Notes under the pieces: model-generated | The model's input: the letters and a program-made list of their open reading frames with translations, nothing else | Database searches by the model: none | Told to the model about the DNA's origin: nothing | Shown: positions 1 through 12,616 of the stretch, in pieces | How positions within the stretch are numbered: the first letter of the stretch is position 1 | Layout of the letters: each line of letters starts with the position of its first letter | Assembly (NCBI RefSeq): GCF_006345805.1 | Contig: NC_043018.1 | Span: 17,794,001 to 17,858,000, forward strand | Direction: 5' to 3' | DNA: 64,000 nucleotides | From: Octopus sinensis | Taxonomy: Eukaryota | Position numbers and translations under genes: made by a program

Positions 1-997
1 GAAGAAGAAGAAGAATGTCGAACATTGACACTAAAAAACAGACAAACCATAAAACTGATTAGGAAAGCATACCTGAGGTAAGAAGTGATTTGTTTCATAA
101 CTTTGAAAGAGATAAAGGAAATTATAAAGACTAATCTAAGAAATAACGTAATAAAAGCGATATGACAGAAAATAATATCCTGGAATTGCGGGAGTAAGTG
201 TAGCAGAATAAAATAAACAGATAACAAATGAGATGTTTTAGAGAAAAACAAACAAATATATAATGATAGCTAACATTAATAAAATAATTATAGACTGATA
301 AAAAAAAAAAAAACGAAAGACTTATGTCAACGCAGTGATGGTTGAGGAGAAGATAGAGAGATCGACTGGCGTCTTTTCGATTATGCTTGCTTATGGAAAA
401 GTGAAATATTATGTTGATTTAGATGGACGAAAACAATTCTATGAACGGAACGAAAGAAGAGAAACGAAGAACGCATGAAAGATAAATGGTAACAAATAAG
501 TATTCTCGAATTTCTATGGAATACATTCCGCCAACCTTAATTTTTTTGCTTTGCGTTTTTCTTATTATATCTACCGGTATATTTCTTTTTTTACCTATAA
601 CATTTCTATTAGAAAACACTTAAGTCTATTGTTATATAAACCACTTTGTTACCACAAGTATTGATCACCTGCAAAGATCACTGCGAGGAAATAGTAATAA
701 ATATCGGAAAAAATATGATTCGATATATCTGGTAAAGAAACAACAATAGGAGGAAAACGAATGAAAAAAAACTGAAAATTTTGTATATCGATTTGATTGA
801 CCAAATATTACAGTTATATTTTGAAGAAAATATTTCCAGTGCTAGTGGCAGCGATAGTGGTTGTTTTGTGGTAGTGGTAGTGGTGGTAATAGTATTGTCT
901 GCATAAAGAACGTTGACATTTGCTTAAGTGAGAAGTTTGCAGTAAATAAAGACGCCAGAAGTTATTGAAAGGGAAAGAAAATAATCGGTTAATTGTT

Positions 998-1345
998 GCT
1001 GTAGTTTGAAATTTTGAGACAATTAACCATTTTTTTTTTTTAATTAAACGTTTCATTCAGTGTAGTCTGCCATTGTCTTCAGTCTCAATATTTCAGTAGG
1101 TGTAAAATGAACTGAATTTCACTGAGCCAAAGCAACTAGGCAGAAGGTTATTGTTCGTACTCACATATTTGCTGTAGTTTGAAATTTTGAGACAATTAGC
1201 CATTTTTTTTTTTTTGAATTTGACGTTTCATTCAGTGTAGTCTGCCATTGTCTTCTGTCTCAATATTTTAGTAGGTGTAAAATGAACTGAGTTTCACTGA
1301 GCCAAAGCAACTAGGCAGAAGATTATTGTTGGTACTCACATATTT
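998..1345. repeat. Tandem duplication, 2 x ~173 bp
   Basis: gctgtagtttgaaattttgagacaatt...gtactcacatattt at 998-1170 and again at 1171-1345 with few substitutions. Confidence 0.92.
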
Positions 1346-1504
1346 AGATAGACAGGTAGTTGTATTGACTCGCAATAAGAGGAGAAAGAAGATCAGTCAA
1401 ATGGCTTCAATAAACTTACAACAGAAGACATAGGTTCGGTACCAGTGGGTACCAGATCCATATATTTCAATCGAGTTGAAGATGCAGCATTGAACTGTAT
1501 AACC

Positions 1505-1736
1505 TATTTTTTTTACTACCCACAAGGGGCTAAATGCAGAGAGGACAAACAAGAATAGACGAACGGATTAAGTCTATTATATCGACTCCAGTGCGTAACT
1601 GGTACTTATTTAATCGACCCCGAAAGGATGAAAGGCAAAGTCGACCTCGGCGGAATTTGAACTCAGAACGTAATGGCAGATGAAATACCGCTAAGCATTT
1701 CGCCCGGCGTGCTAACGTTTCTGCCAGCTCGCCGCC
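1505..1736 (-). mobile_element. tRNA-derived SINE, family A, full length
   Basis: Minus strand: head ggcggcgagctggcagaaacgttagc, B-box-like gagttcaaattcc, core gtcgactttgcctttcatcctttcggggtcg, tail agccccttgtggg; 15-bp TSD ttgaactgtataacc at 1490-1504 and 1737-1751. Confidence 0.93.
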
Positions 1737-2084
1737 TTGAACTGTATAACCATACAACGCAAGAGCAGACATGTGACATCCAATGTTCTTAGATACCGTT
1801 TATTAAATTCCACTCGAATGATTTGCCAAAACTGGACCTATATGGAAAGATATATACTAATGTGCCACAAGGGATTGCTGCCGTTTCAAAGTGATTTAAA
1901 GTTAAATATGGTTTCTGTGCTAAAAGTTGTGTCAATGAAAAATAGCTAAGACATACTTTAGAGAGAAACAGAAAGTCAATCAATCAACGTTAATGACTAA
2001 AGTATGTTAAAGAGTAAATAAATGATTTGTATCTGGCTTGCATTAAGATTTCTGATTGTATTTCAATGACTCAATCTCCATGTT

Positions 2085-2087
2085 CAT

Positions 2088-2145
<58 letters not shown>

Positions 2146-2288
2146 ACACTTTTCCTCTCTGGCTTTCTTTCTCAGTCTGATTGTCTGTCGCTCTCTCCCT
2201 ATTCTCTCTTTCTCTCTGTCAGTCTCTCTCTCTCTTTCTCTGCCAGTCTTTCTCACTCTCTTACTCATCTGCGCACTCACTTTTACCT

Positions 2289-2320
<32 letters not shown>
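2085..2320. repeat. (CA)n and (CT)n microsatellites
   Basis: Direct reading. Confidence 0.9.
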
Positions 2321-2324
<4 letters not shown>

Positions 2325-2396
2325 ACACAAGCCAACAAGGAAGACTCTGCTTTCTAACTCTTCCTGCTCAAATTATAAAATTCTGACTTCTTCAAA

Positions 2397-2547
2397 GACA
2401 GACAAAGGGATTAAGTCGATTACATCGACCCTAGTGCGTAACTTGTACTTAATTTATCAACCCCGAACGGATGAAAGGCAAAGTCGACCTCGGCGGAATT
2501 TGAACTCAGAACGTAACGGCTGACGAAATACGGCGTGCTAACGATTC
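2397..2547 (-). mobile_element. SINE family A, partial
   Basis: Same core as 1505-1736 (gatgaaaggcaaagtcgacctcggcggaatttgaactcagaacg on +). Confidence 0.85.
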
Positions 2548-2646
2548 ACAGACCTCCACACAATCACGCATACACATAAATGTGTGTATGCCTATACATG
2601 TATGCGTGTATGGTTTTTGAATATATATGTGTTTTGAATATATATA

Positions 2647-2794
2647 GGCGCAGGAGTGGCTGTGTGGTAAGTAGCTTGCTTAGAAACCACATGGTTCCGG
2701 GTTCCGTCCCACTGCGTGGCATCTTGCTATAGGCCCGGGCCGACCAATGCCTTGTGAGTGGATTTGGTAGACGGAAACTGAAAGAAGCCTGTCG

Positions 2795-2829
<35 letters not shown>

Positions 2830-3047
2830 TTGTGTGTCTGTGTTTGTCCCCCTAGCATTGCTTGACAACCGATGCTGGTGTGTTTACGTCCCCGTCACTT
2901 AGCGGTTCGGCAAAAGAGACCGATAAAATTAAGTACTGGGCTTACAAAAGAATAAGTCCCGGGGTCGATTTGCTCGACTAAAGGCGGTGCTCCAGCATGG
3001 CCGCAGTCAAATGACTGAAACAAGTAAAAGAGTAAAAGAGTAAAGAG
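2647..3047 (+). mobile_element. tRNA-derived SINE, family B, near full length
   Basis: Head ggcgcaggagtggctgtgtggtaag, ggttccgggttc B-box-like, internal (TA)(TG) tract, tail gactgaaacaagtaaaagagtaaaagag; homologues at 21258, 39878, 47312. Confidence 0.9.
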
Positions 3048-3225
3048 TGTGTATGGCTATATGATATGGTATATATATGTGTGTGTATAAATTCATGTAT
3101 GTCTATATATAGTATATTTTTGTTGTTTATGAGGTTTTCTACCGTCTACGTCATAAGTGACATTATGTCTCTGAAATAACTTAACATTCCATCAGTCATA
3201 ATCTTAGTATTGATATAATTTTCTT

Positions 3226-3557
3226 GTAAAGGGTAAAGACCCCCTTCGGTCATGAATGACCATGGGATTGCACCTAGAAAGTTACCCTCCTAGACACAAG
3301 TCCGGGCAAGGTTGTTTATGGAAGACCAGCAGTCGCCCATGCATACCGGCCTCCCCTCTCCACGCCACCAGTGTTATCCAAGGGAAAGACAAGGGCCGAT
3401 ACAGCTTGGCACCAGTGACGTCGCAACTCATTTCTACAGCAATGAACTGGAGCAACGTGAAATAAAGTGCCTTGCTCAAGAACACAACACGCAGCCCGGT
3501 CCGGGATTCGTGCTAACAACCTCACGATCGTAAGCTCGACGCTCTAACCACTGAGCC
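3226..3557 (-). mobile_element. tRNA-derived SINE (body X, tail T1)
   Basis: Minus strand: ggctcagtggttagagcg A-box head; body ttgagcaaggcactttatttcacgttgctccag shared with 26570 and 29821 copies; tail ggtctttacccttta. Confidence 0.85.
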
Positions 3558-3754
3558 AGTGAACAATAATATACTCACGTTTTGGTATGGTAACAAACCG
3601 ACAGTTATTTGTTTAATACCGTCTGCTACATTTTTCCTGTTTCATAATTCACAACATAGAACTGAAAGCAACTGTACTCTTGTCACAATTCGAATTTCCA
3701 TTCACGTCAAAATTCCAACCATATATTTATTGCAAATGTCTGCTTCGCAACAAA

Positions 3755-3814
<60 letters not shown>

Positions 3815-5597
3815 CGTGTTTGTCCAAGAACCGGTATGATTACATTAACATACTACACGGAGATGGTGAAGATATTACATATTTGAATGAAATCTTCCAC
3901 GCCACACTTAACAAATTACTTGAAATTTACCTTTTAGTTTGGAGAATAGAGTCAGATCTTAACGACACTTGAATACATTTTCCCTGGAGAACGAAAGTGT
4001 TTCAAAAAACGACGATTTTGTGACGATGGACAATACATCAAACTATCTGACCATTCCTGCCAACATCGATCATGTTTTTATTTCAAGCATACAAACGTCA
4101 CTATCGTTCCATGATATACAACAGCTCTTCTTCTATATGTTATTAGACTGTAGTAGATATAGGCGTACAACAGAAGAATTTTTCGTTCTTATATTAATCA
4201 CGGATCTTCAACATCAAGACTTGAGCATTCTCACAGAATAGATAACACATGGTGTTCTGTCACGAACAATCTAAATAAATGTGTATCTACCCACAGCCGA
4301 GGATAAACTACGCTTCTCACTTTGCTTATCGTCCCTCAAGCATGAATTGGCTCCATGTGAAATGGTACACTCCGTCGTCTCTCTCCTAAATTGACTTCCA
4401 CTCACCATCTCAGCTCCCTCCACTAACTATCCACGTCACATAAAGAGTTATGTAACTGATATGTTACAAAATTCTGTAGCGGCATTGTTAAAAGTCTGAT
4501 ATTTTAACTACAAGATATAACTCCTTCGAAATGTAGACGATGTTGATAAAGTCTTTGTTGAACACTTATGAAATCGCTGAAATATATTAGTTATTGTAAA
4601 GATTATAATCTCTTCTTTATAATGGACCAAAATTATTTTGATATGTTTCCCATTTTAGTTGCGGATATTTGCTGATGAAAGAGGTTTTTATTGTTCACAT
4701 TCTGAGTGTATTGTTTTAAACCCTGAAATGTAATTATTTATTTCAAATATCTGATTCTCGCTGATGATTGAATCATGTTCTTCGAAACATACAATGCGAT
4801 AGGTTTCACTAGAATCGGTTTGCTTTTGCTGCTTTCTTACATTTCTAAAATCTCTTTGTATTTCTTTAAAATATTTTCCTTGTCTTGCATAAGATTAAAT
4901 CGTTTCCTTCTTCTTTTTTATCTTTTCCATTTTATGTTAGCTTTCCGCCATATTGTTGCCAGCCTTTCTGTGATTGGTGGCCTTAATTTGAGCAAGAATA
5001 ACACAGTTTTCTCCGATACTGTCATAAATATACACTAAATTAGGTTATTTACAACATTTATTTTCAAAATTCCTTCCTTTAGAAAATGTGTGTTCAGATG
5101 TGTATTATTTCCTTTTTTTCTTTCTTTATTACCCCCCGGGTGTGGTTGAGGAGTTATTTCCGTTGATCAATGTCAATTGATTTTGTTTTGACAGTTCTAT
5201 TTCCTTTACATTATCTTTTGGTGTTTGTTATTATTGTGTGTGTTGATAAAAAGAGAGACAAGTGTATATTTCGTGTAGCAATGGCTGTTCAAATTAGTCA
5301 CGTTTTTGTTGGTGGCCTCCTTTATGTATGTTTCATCAGGTTTTATTTGGCAACAATATCAAAATTACTAGCGACTGAAAACCTTCCGAAGTTATTGAAA
5401 TTCTCGATACAATCGAGCAAATAAAATGAGAACAGGAGGCTGTATCAATGGCAGTCAATGAATTGTAAGGCGACACGAAACGACATCCGATAACCTACCA
5501 GAAGGAAAGAACAATTATGTAACTAGCAAAGAGAAATTAGATTTCGACAAACTTCTATACAGGTGATATGCAAACCTACAATATAGACACGCACATA

Positions 5598-6011
5598 AGT
5601 CGGTGCGCTGGCAGAAACGTTAGAGCGCCAGGCGATTTGTTTAGTGGTATTTCGTCTGTCGTTACCTTCTGAGTTCAAATTCCGCCGAGGTCGACTTTGC
5701 CTTTCATCCTTTCAGGGTCGATTAAAAAAGAACCAGTTACGCACTGGGGTCGATATAATCGACTTAATCCGTTTGTCTGTCCTTGTTTGTCCCCTCTGTG
5801 TCTAGCCCCTTGAGAGTAGTAAAGAAATAGGTATTTCGTTTGTCGTTACTTTCTGAGTTCAAATTCCGCCGAGGTCGACTTTGCCTTTCATCCTTTCGGG
5901 GTCGATAAATAAAGTACAAGTTTCGCACTGGGGTCGATGTAATCGACTTAATCCTTTTGTCTGTCCTTGTTTGTCACCTCTAAGTTTAGCCTCTTGGGGC
6001 AGTAAAGAAAT
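5598..6011 (+). mobile_element. SINE family A with tandemly duplicated body (head + 2 bodies)
   Basis: Body ggtatttcgt..ttctgagttcaaattccgccgaggtcgac..agtaaagaaata occurs twice; 17-bp TSD atatagacacgcacata at 5581-5597 and 6012-6028. Confidence 0.92.
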
Positions 6012-6036
6012 ATATAGACACGCACATACACATATG

Positions 6037-6067
<31 letters not shown>

Positions 6068-6116
6068 TATATATATGTATATATATATGTATAATATATA
6101 TATATATGTATATATG

Positions 6117-6187
<71 letters not shown>

Positions 6188-8021
6188 TTGTGTGTTTTGT
6201 ATGTAGCATTCTGATGCTTGCAGTCAGATGTAGGACTGCAGCTAATGAATGTCGAGCTCCACGTAGAGTGTCATCATCCAGTGAACTTCCAGTAGAGGAG
6301 TGCGATTAGAACTGTACTTGGCAGTTTTACCAGTCACGATGTTCACAAAGGAAGATAGAGGAACTCTGTGTGTGCGTGTATGTGTGTGTGTGTGTACGTG
6401 TGTGAATGTACTTTTATTTATTTATAACAACAGAGTACACAGGACGAGGATTTAATATTTAAATATAAAAAGGCGACACTGAAAATGAAGTTTCATATAA
6501 TGTACCAAGTGTGGTTTTTTTTAGTGAAGACATGTTTCCATAAGGAATTATTTGAGTAAGATCACAGCTAGAATCCATCACAGTAATGGGTCTTGAAACA
6601 TTTATCAATAATAGATTATAGGAGAAAAAAGTGGAAATGGTCTTTAAATATATTATTAGCCAAAATATTAAGACACGAGGAATAAATATATGATGATGTT
6701 AAGTTTTACATCTAAAGTTTTATGAATTTATGAATCCAAATCTCTAAATTTGAAAACCACAATTATCCTTAATACGCGAAATAATTAATGAGGACAGAAT
6801 CATGTTAGTATTGCACATCGTCTTATATTATTTAGCACATTATGTATATAGTTATAAACACGTGTCCTTTTACTTCTAAGAACATAGTTTTAGTCGGCAA
6901 AGTTGCTGCTTTTTACGCAAAGCTGCTCTCAAAATTTGCAGTCTAAATATTTAGTTTGAATATCTATACAACCTAAATAAGTTATGAAAATTATATCAGT
7001 ATTGATTTGTGTTAAAATAAATATTTAATTTAAAATGAAATAACTATACCACATAAATACATATTGGAAAGATATATGTATGAATAGAGGTATTGATTCT
7101 TTTGCATATGATCTCAAAAATAAACAAGTTAAATGAACATGAAATATATAAGATAAGGCCTCGGGCGACATTTGATTTTAAACAGTTTATTATTATCTAT
7201 TTATTTATCTGACGTAAATCTTACGAAAATTGGTGTATATCTAACAAAGAATCTGAGGTGAGTTAATATGGTTTCCTTTATCTACGCAAATTGTAACATT
7301 CAAGATGCGTTGTTTTGCTGTATATAATAAATATTTGCTTTTCGTATGACTAAATTACACTAAAGTAGTTTAAATATATTTATCTGTTTTGAAAATCATT
7401 ACAAAATGGAGATTGGGGAATACAGAAAACGAAATAAAATTTTGATTTGTGATGTATTCTTCATTTCGATTACCAAAACTGAGGAATCGAGAATCTGTTT
7501 ACTAAAGCATTCTAAAGATTGTACAACATATACAGTTAAAGGAATAAGAACTGCTTCATCTATTTACCTTCTAAAACTATCTTTTGAATATTTATAATAC
7601 TGAGTTTCTTGATTATAAAAATAACTTGAAACTCACCCAGGAGGTCATAAAGAAGAAAAAATGAAATAATACATATTTAAATACATTTTCCAAAGGAAGA
7701 ACTTTTGAAAATAAATGTTCTAAATAACCTAACTGGGTTGAAATACTCCTTTGTTTTTATAAGGTTGTATGTTTCATTCGTCCTCGTCAGAGCCTCAAAT
7801 ATCACGAATTCCCATCATTGGCTGGCAAAGAACATCACACGTTGATTTCCTCTCAGATGTGTTGCCGAAGTCAGAGATTTGCTGCACATTTCTCCGAACG
7901 AAGCAATATTCAAATTTTGCACAGTAGTAAGAGATACTAATATCTCTACAATGTGTAAGGAACAGAATAAGCACACTTTAGAGAATTACAAAACAGATGT
8001 AATACTGAACGGTATGAATAA

Positions 8022-8394
8022 CTAGCAGTATCGCCCGGCGTTGCTCAGGTTTGTAAGGGAAATAACTATAAAGCATTTTTAGAGAGTTATAGCCAAAAAA
8101 TAGCAAAAAAATGGAAAAAAAAATATGGTAAATTTTTTTGAGAGTTAAAAAAGGTCGAGTTGCGTCCCCTAGACAGTCTGTGGTTTGGGTTTCTGATTCT
8201 CGACCCCATGTCGAATTTATCGATTTTTCAGAACTTTTCAAAATTTTCGCTGCGTTAGTTTTGAATTATGACATTGGGCTATGTGTGTGTCAAGTTTCAT
8301 CAGAATCGGTTGAAAGCCGTGGTCAGGGTGAGGGTACAACCAAACAGACACACAGAAACACGCACAGACAAACTGCCGTTTATATAGAGAGAGA
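8022..8394 (-). mobile_element. Non-autonomous Helitron
   Basis: Minus strand begins TC (tctctctctatataaa), ends cctgagcaacgccgggcgatactgCTAG with subterminal hairpin; sits between A and T with no TSD. Confidence 0.85.
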
Positions 8395-8772
8395 TATTAA
8401 AATCGGCCACAGTGACATAACTTTGAAGATAAAACGATAGTTGGCAGCGCTTTTGTATAATGAACAGGAAGTGTTCCGAAACGCGCAGATAATTGAACTA
8501 GGAAAGTATTCACTGCGCTCAAGATCCACCTTTCTCTAAGGGATATATTCAGATATGCTTGACAAGCTCATACGCAGGACGTGAAATGCCAGAAGAATAA
8601 ATACAATGGATCGGGATTTATCTTGTAGCAGCGAAAACTAAAAGTGAATGGTGAAACAAATCAAACCAAAATAAATAACAAAAACGTCTTATTTTTATTA
8701 TGGTGTGTGTGTTTCGGTGTGCATGCTTGTGTGTTGATATATGCATGTATGTACCTTTATTATGTATAATAT

Positions 8773-8818
<46 letters not shown>

Positions 8819-8833
8819 CATACTTACATATGT

Positions 8834-8873
<40 letters not shown>

Positions 8874-9532
8874 CATACATACTTACATATGTAGATATAT
8901 ATATATATATATATACATATATATGTACATATGTACGCTACATCTGTGTGTGTTTGTGTTTGTGTTTGTGTGTGTGTGTTATCACTATGTATCCGTAAGA
9001 TAAACATACATTCATATATATGCTGCACACAATAAACGAATTAAGTTTACCATGAAAATGTTTTATTTGAGAACAAAGAAACGGAGAAGATAAAATCTAA
9101 TGGATGCTGCTAATAAAAGTGAAGAATTAATTTATAGAAAAATAAATTCACAGCCAATATCCTGGAAGAAAGCATAAAAGAAAGGAATGTGAAGCGATAC
9201 GAAAACTAAGTGTGACTAAAACTTTCACCAATAAACGAAGATTAAAGGTTTGACTTTAGCTGAACAACATCAATTCTTAACAAGAAGTATATATGGGCAA
9301 AACAAAATAATAAACGAGAGACAAAGTTGATCTGTCAAAGTTGGAAAGCTGCCCCAACTGTGAGTTGGTAGGCAAGTGAATCCATTGGGAATTATTCGAA
9401 GGCATAAACATGGCGATTTGAAATATGTGGTTTCACTAATTATTTTAATCCGCTATTAGTCAATGATACGACTATAGAACGCATGGACGAACCACTTCGG
9501 ACTAGCAATCATACAATATTAATCATAGTAAG

Positions 9533-9587
9533 ACGGCAAGCTGGCAGAATCGTTAGCACGCCGGGCGAAATGATTAGCAGTATTTCT
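9533..9587 (+). mobile_element. SINE family A head fragment
   Basis: gctggcagaatcgttagcacgccgggcgaaatg matches family A 5' end. Confidence 0.75.
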
Positions 9588-10040
9588 GCCGGTGTTTAAA
9601 TCTTTCTTCAAGAAATTCCACATGGTTTAGGTTTCTTCAGTTTTTGACTCTGTAGCTGATTTTCTTGTCAACCCTGGACTGTGATACGCAGTGACTCCAC
9701 GCTTAAATGGAGTTTACATTATTTAAGATGAACATTATGGTTTTTTCTCCTCCTCCATACAATTGCCACCACAAACTATTTGGTGGTGTATTAGTCAGCA
9801 TCATTAAAAACACAGATTTTACTTTGTAGGATATATTTTGATGACAGTTTGTAACGTTAGCATAACTTCAAGCGTTTGCGTTATTCCTTGGAGGACCGTA
9901 ACTTCTATTTCAGATAAATATAATCTTTCTCAACCGAAAATTGCAAAGTGTATTCGAAGTGCAGTCATTATTAGTCTCCTTTCTGTCTGATCACGCGAGC
10001 TCATTTCGTCTCTATTTGAGAATACTACAAATATAGTTTA

Positions 10041-10443
10041 CTAGCAGTATCGCCCGGCGTTGCTCGGGTTTGTAAGGGAAATAACTGTAAAGCATTTTTA
10101 GAGAGTCATAGCCAAAAAATAGCAAAAAAATGCATTAAAAATGGAAAAGAAATTATGGTAAATTTTTTTTTAAATCGTTGACTCATCGTAGACATTTTTA
10201 GAGAGTTACTTCCCTTATATAAAACCGAGTAAAAAATGCATTAAAATGGAAAAAAATGATGGTAAATTATTTTTAAAATCGTAGACTCATCGTAGACGCA
10301 CGCTAATACCCAGAAGGGCTCGATATGAATCACGACCATAAGATACGCGGTTTTGGTTAAACTGCACCGCAAAATGTGGGAGTAGTTAGGAATCTAAATC
10401 GAAGGAAACAGACAGCACACAACCTCTCTTTTATATATAAAGA
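10041..10443 (-). mobile_element. Non-autonomous Helitron
   Basis: Minus strand 5' TC (tctttatatataaaa), 3' cccgagcaacgccgggcgatactgCTAG, A|T insertion site; shares 3' end with 8022-8394. Confidence 0.85.
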
Positions 10444-10729
10444 TTACTGAGACAACTAATGTAGTGATGCCTGTTATTTTATTTATTTGTATTTGTATAG
10501 TTCCATTTTAATATTAATCTCACACTTCTGTAACATTCCTTCTTAAACTTTATTTTCATTTCATTTCTGTGAGCTGGACTCTGTCTGGTTCATTGAATCC
10601 CAAATGTTTCCACGTCTGTGTTTTTGTTTAATTCTCTTATTTCTGTGTCCTTTCCTTTGCATAACATTACTGCACTTAATTAATTTTTCTCCTTTTGATT
10701 GTTGTTGCTGTTATTCTTCTTCTTCTTTT

Positions 10730-10777
10730 ACTTATTATTATTATTATTATTATAATTATTATTATTATCACCATCAC

Positions 10778-10822
<45 letters not shown>

Positions 10823-10825
10823 AAC

Positions 10826-10870
<45 letters not shown>

Positions 10871-10930
10871 TATTATTATTATTTTTTTTATTATTATTAT
10901 TATTATTACTATTATTATTATTATTATTTT
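10730..10930. repeat. Compound (TTA)n/(CAT)n microsatellite
   Basis: Direct reading. Confidence 0.95.
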
Positions 10931-10939
10931 TTTTTTCTT

Positions 10940-11312
10940 CTTTCAAATTTTCTTCCATTTCTTGCCGAGTGTCTTCCCGACTCCTAGGGCAAAGAAACTC
11001 ATAGTGTATATTTGTAGGCCATTAAACCAAACTCAGTAGTTCGTTCATTTTTTTTTTTTTAAGTTAAATTAAAAAACATGAGCAGCAACAGTTCTCACAT
11101 CGACAATGCTCTTCTCAATACGTGTTATGTACCAGTTAAGACAATCTTTTGCACTTCTTGCAGGGATGGTAAGCCAGGGATCATTCTCATATAATTTTCG
11201 GTTCCCTTCTTGATCATTCCTAGTGCTCCTACGATCACTGGTATTGTAACCGCCTTGAGATGCCATATTTTCTCAATTTCAATGAGTAGGTCTTTATATT
11301 TTCTATATTTTC
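10940..11312 (-). mobile_element. 3' end of an RLE-type (R4/Dong-like) non-LTR retrotransposon, pseudogenised
   Basis: Manual translation of minus strand: KYKDLLIEIEKIWHLKAVTIPVIVGALGMIKKGTENYMRMIPGLPSLQEVQKIVLTGT*HVLRRALSM*, the KY..L....W....PVIVGALG C-terminal motif of restriction-like endonucleases; (TAA)n on both sides. Confidence 0.82.
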
Positions 11313-11347
11313 TATTATTATTATTATTATTGTTATTATTATTATCA

Positions 11348-11393
<46 letters not shown>

Positions 11394-11447
11394 CATCATC
11401 ATCATCATCACAATCATCATCATCATCATCATCATCATCATTATCAC

Positions 11448-11483
<36 letters not shown>

Positions 11484-11515
11484 TATTATTATTATTATCA
11501 TTATTATCATTATTA

Positions 11516-11555
<40 letters not shown>

Positions 11556-11595
11556 CATCATGATCATTTATTTATTTATTATTTATTTATTTATA
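11313..11595. repeat. Compound (TTA)n/(TCA)n/(TTTA)n microsatellite
   Basis: Direct reading. Confidence 0.95.
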
Positions 11596-12575
11596 TCGTT
11601 ACATGAGTGGAATCAGCTACATCAAAGTGAAGTCAAGTAGAAATTAAGTAAATAAAATATCAAAGTTTATATCAAGTATCACATAACCAGTCTGGATATA
11701 AGATCTCTGATTCCAAACAACTTTGCAGAACTTCCAGCACTCATATTACCTACAGTATAATTAATGTCAATGTTTTATCCGATATAAACATATATTGTAC
11801 CGTAGTAACGCATGGTATACAGTCCTATAATATCCTATAAATACTAGTGTATCGTATGCTACTAGTAACATCACTGGTTGAATTATACGTCTGTAACTCA
11901 AATCAACTGCCGTATCATTAACTATAAAACTTATGTAAAATTGTTAAATTCATTTGAATATTAAATTCCCTTTAGAAACCAATATTTGCAATAAATCTGA
12001 AAAGCTAGATTGTTTAGAGTCGATAACATTTCCTAAATAATGTTTAAATTTTATTATATCTAGAGAAAGAATTGAACACATATTATTGGAGGTCGATTCC
12101 TGCTGTTCTTTTGCATTGCCTTCAAAGATTTAATGACCAAGAGTACCTATGATTTTCTAGTTTTATGGTGATATAAAACTAAAAACAAATTTCTTTCATA
12201 TCAGGTCAAGAGCTGGCAATGTTTACAGAGCGTAAGAAATCAGAACTAGTTATTTCCTGCAGCTGTTTGATGTTACATTTCGTGTTTATCTCCTGATTCG
12301 ATTACGAAGGTGCTGATGTCAATTAAATTGACTAAATACTGCCCATTAGATGAATGGTAAGAGAATTTCATTGAAGCAAAAGGCAATCAGCAATATTATT
12401 CCAACGAGTTGAAGATTTTTCTCATATCTTCAATTTCCCTTAATTAGACAGGGATTTTAATGTCTGGAACTTCTTAGAGGCTTTCATGAATTTTATGCAA
12501 TCATTTAGCATTGCTCTCTTTTTTCTCTTTGTGCATCAATCTATCCATACACACACACACACAACCACACAATGC

Positions 12576-12616
<41 letters not shown>

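Noticed and set aside
3850-4560. Possible ancient Helitron Rep remnant (minus strand, YRRR-like)
   Set aside because: Only isolated short motif resemblance; colinearity not demonstrable by eye
7761-7797. Hammerhead-like CUGACGA...GAAAC on minus strand
   Set aside because: No real helix II and no valid NUH in register with helix I
7850-7905. C2H2-zinc-finger-like peptide on minus strand (EMCSKSLTSATHLRGNQRVM)
   Set aside because: First Cys and both His ligands missing, single unit, no linker
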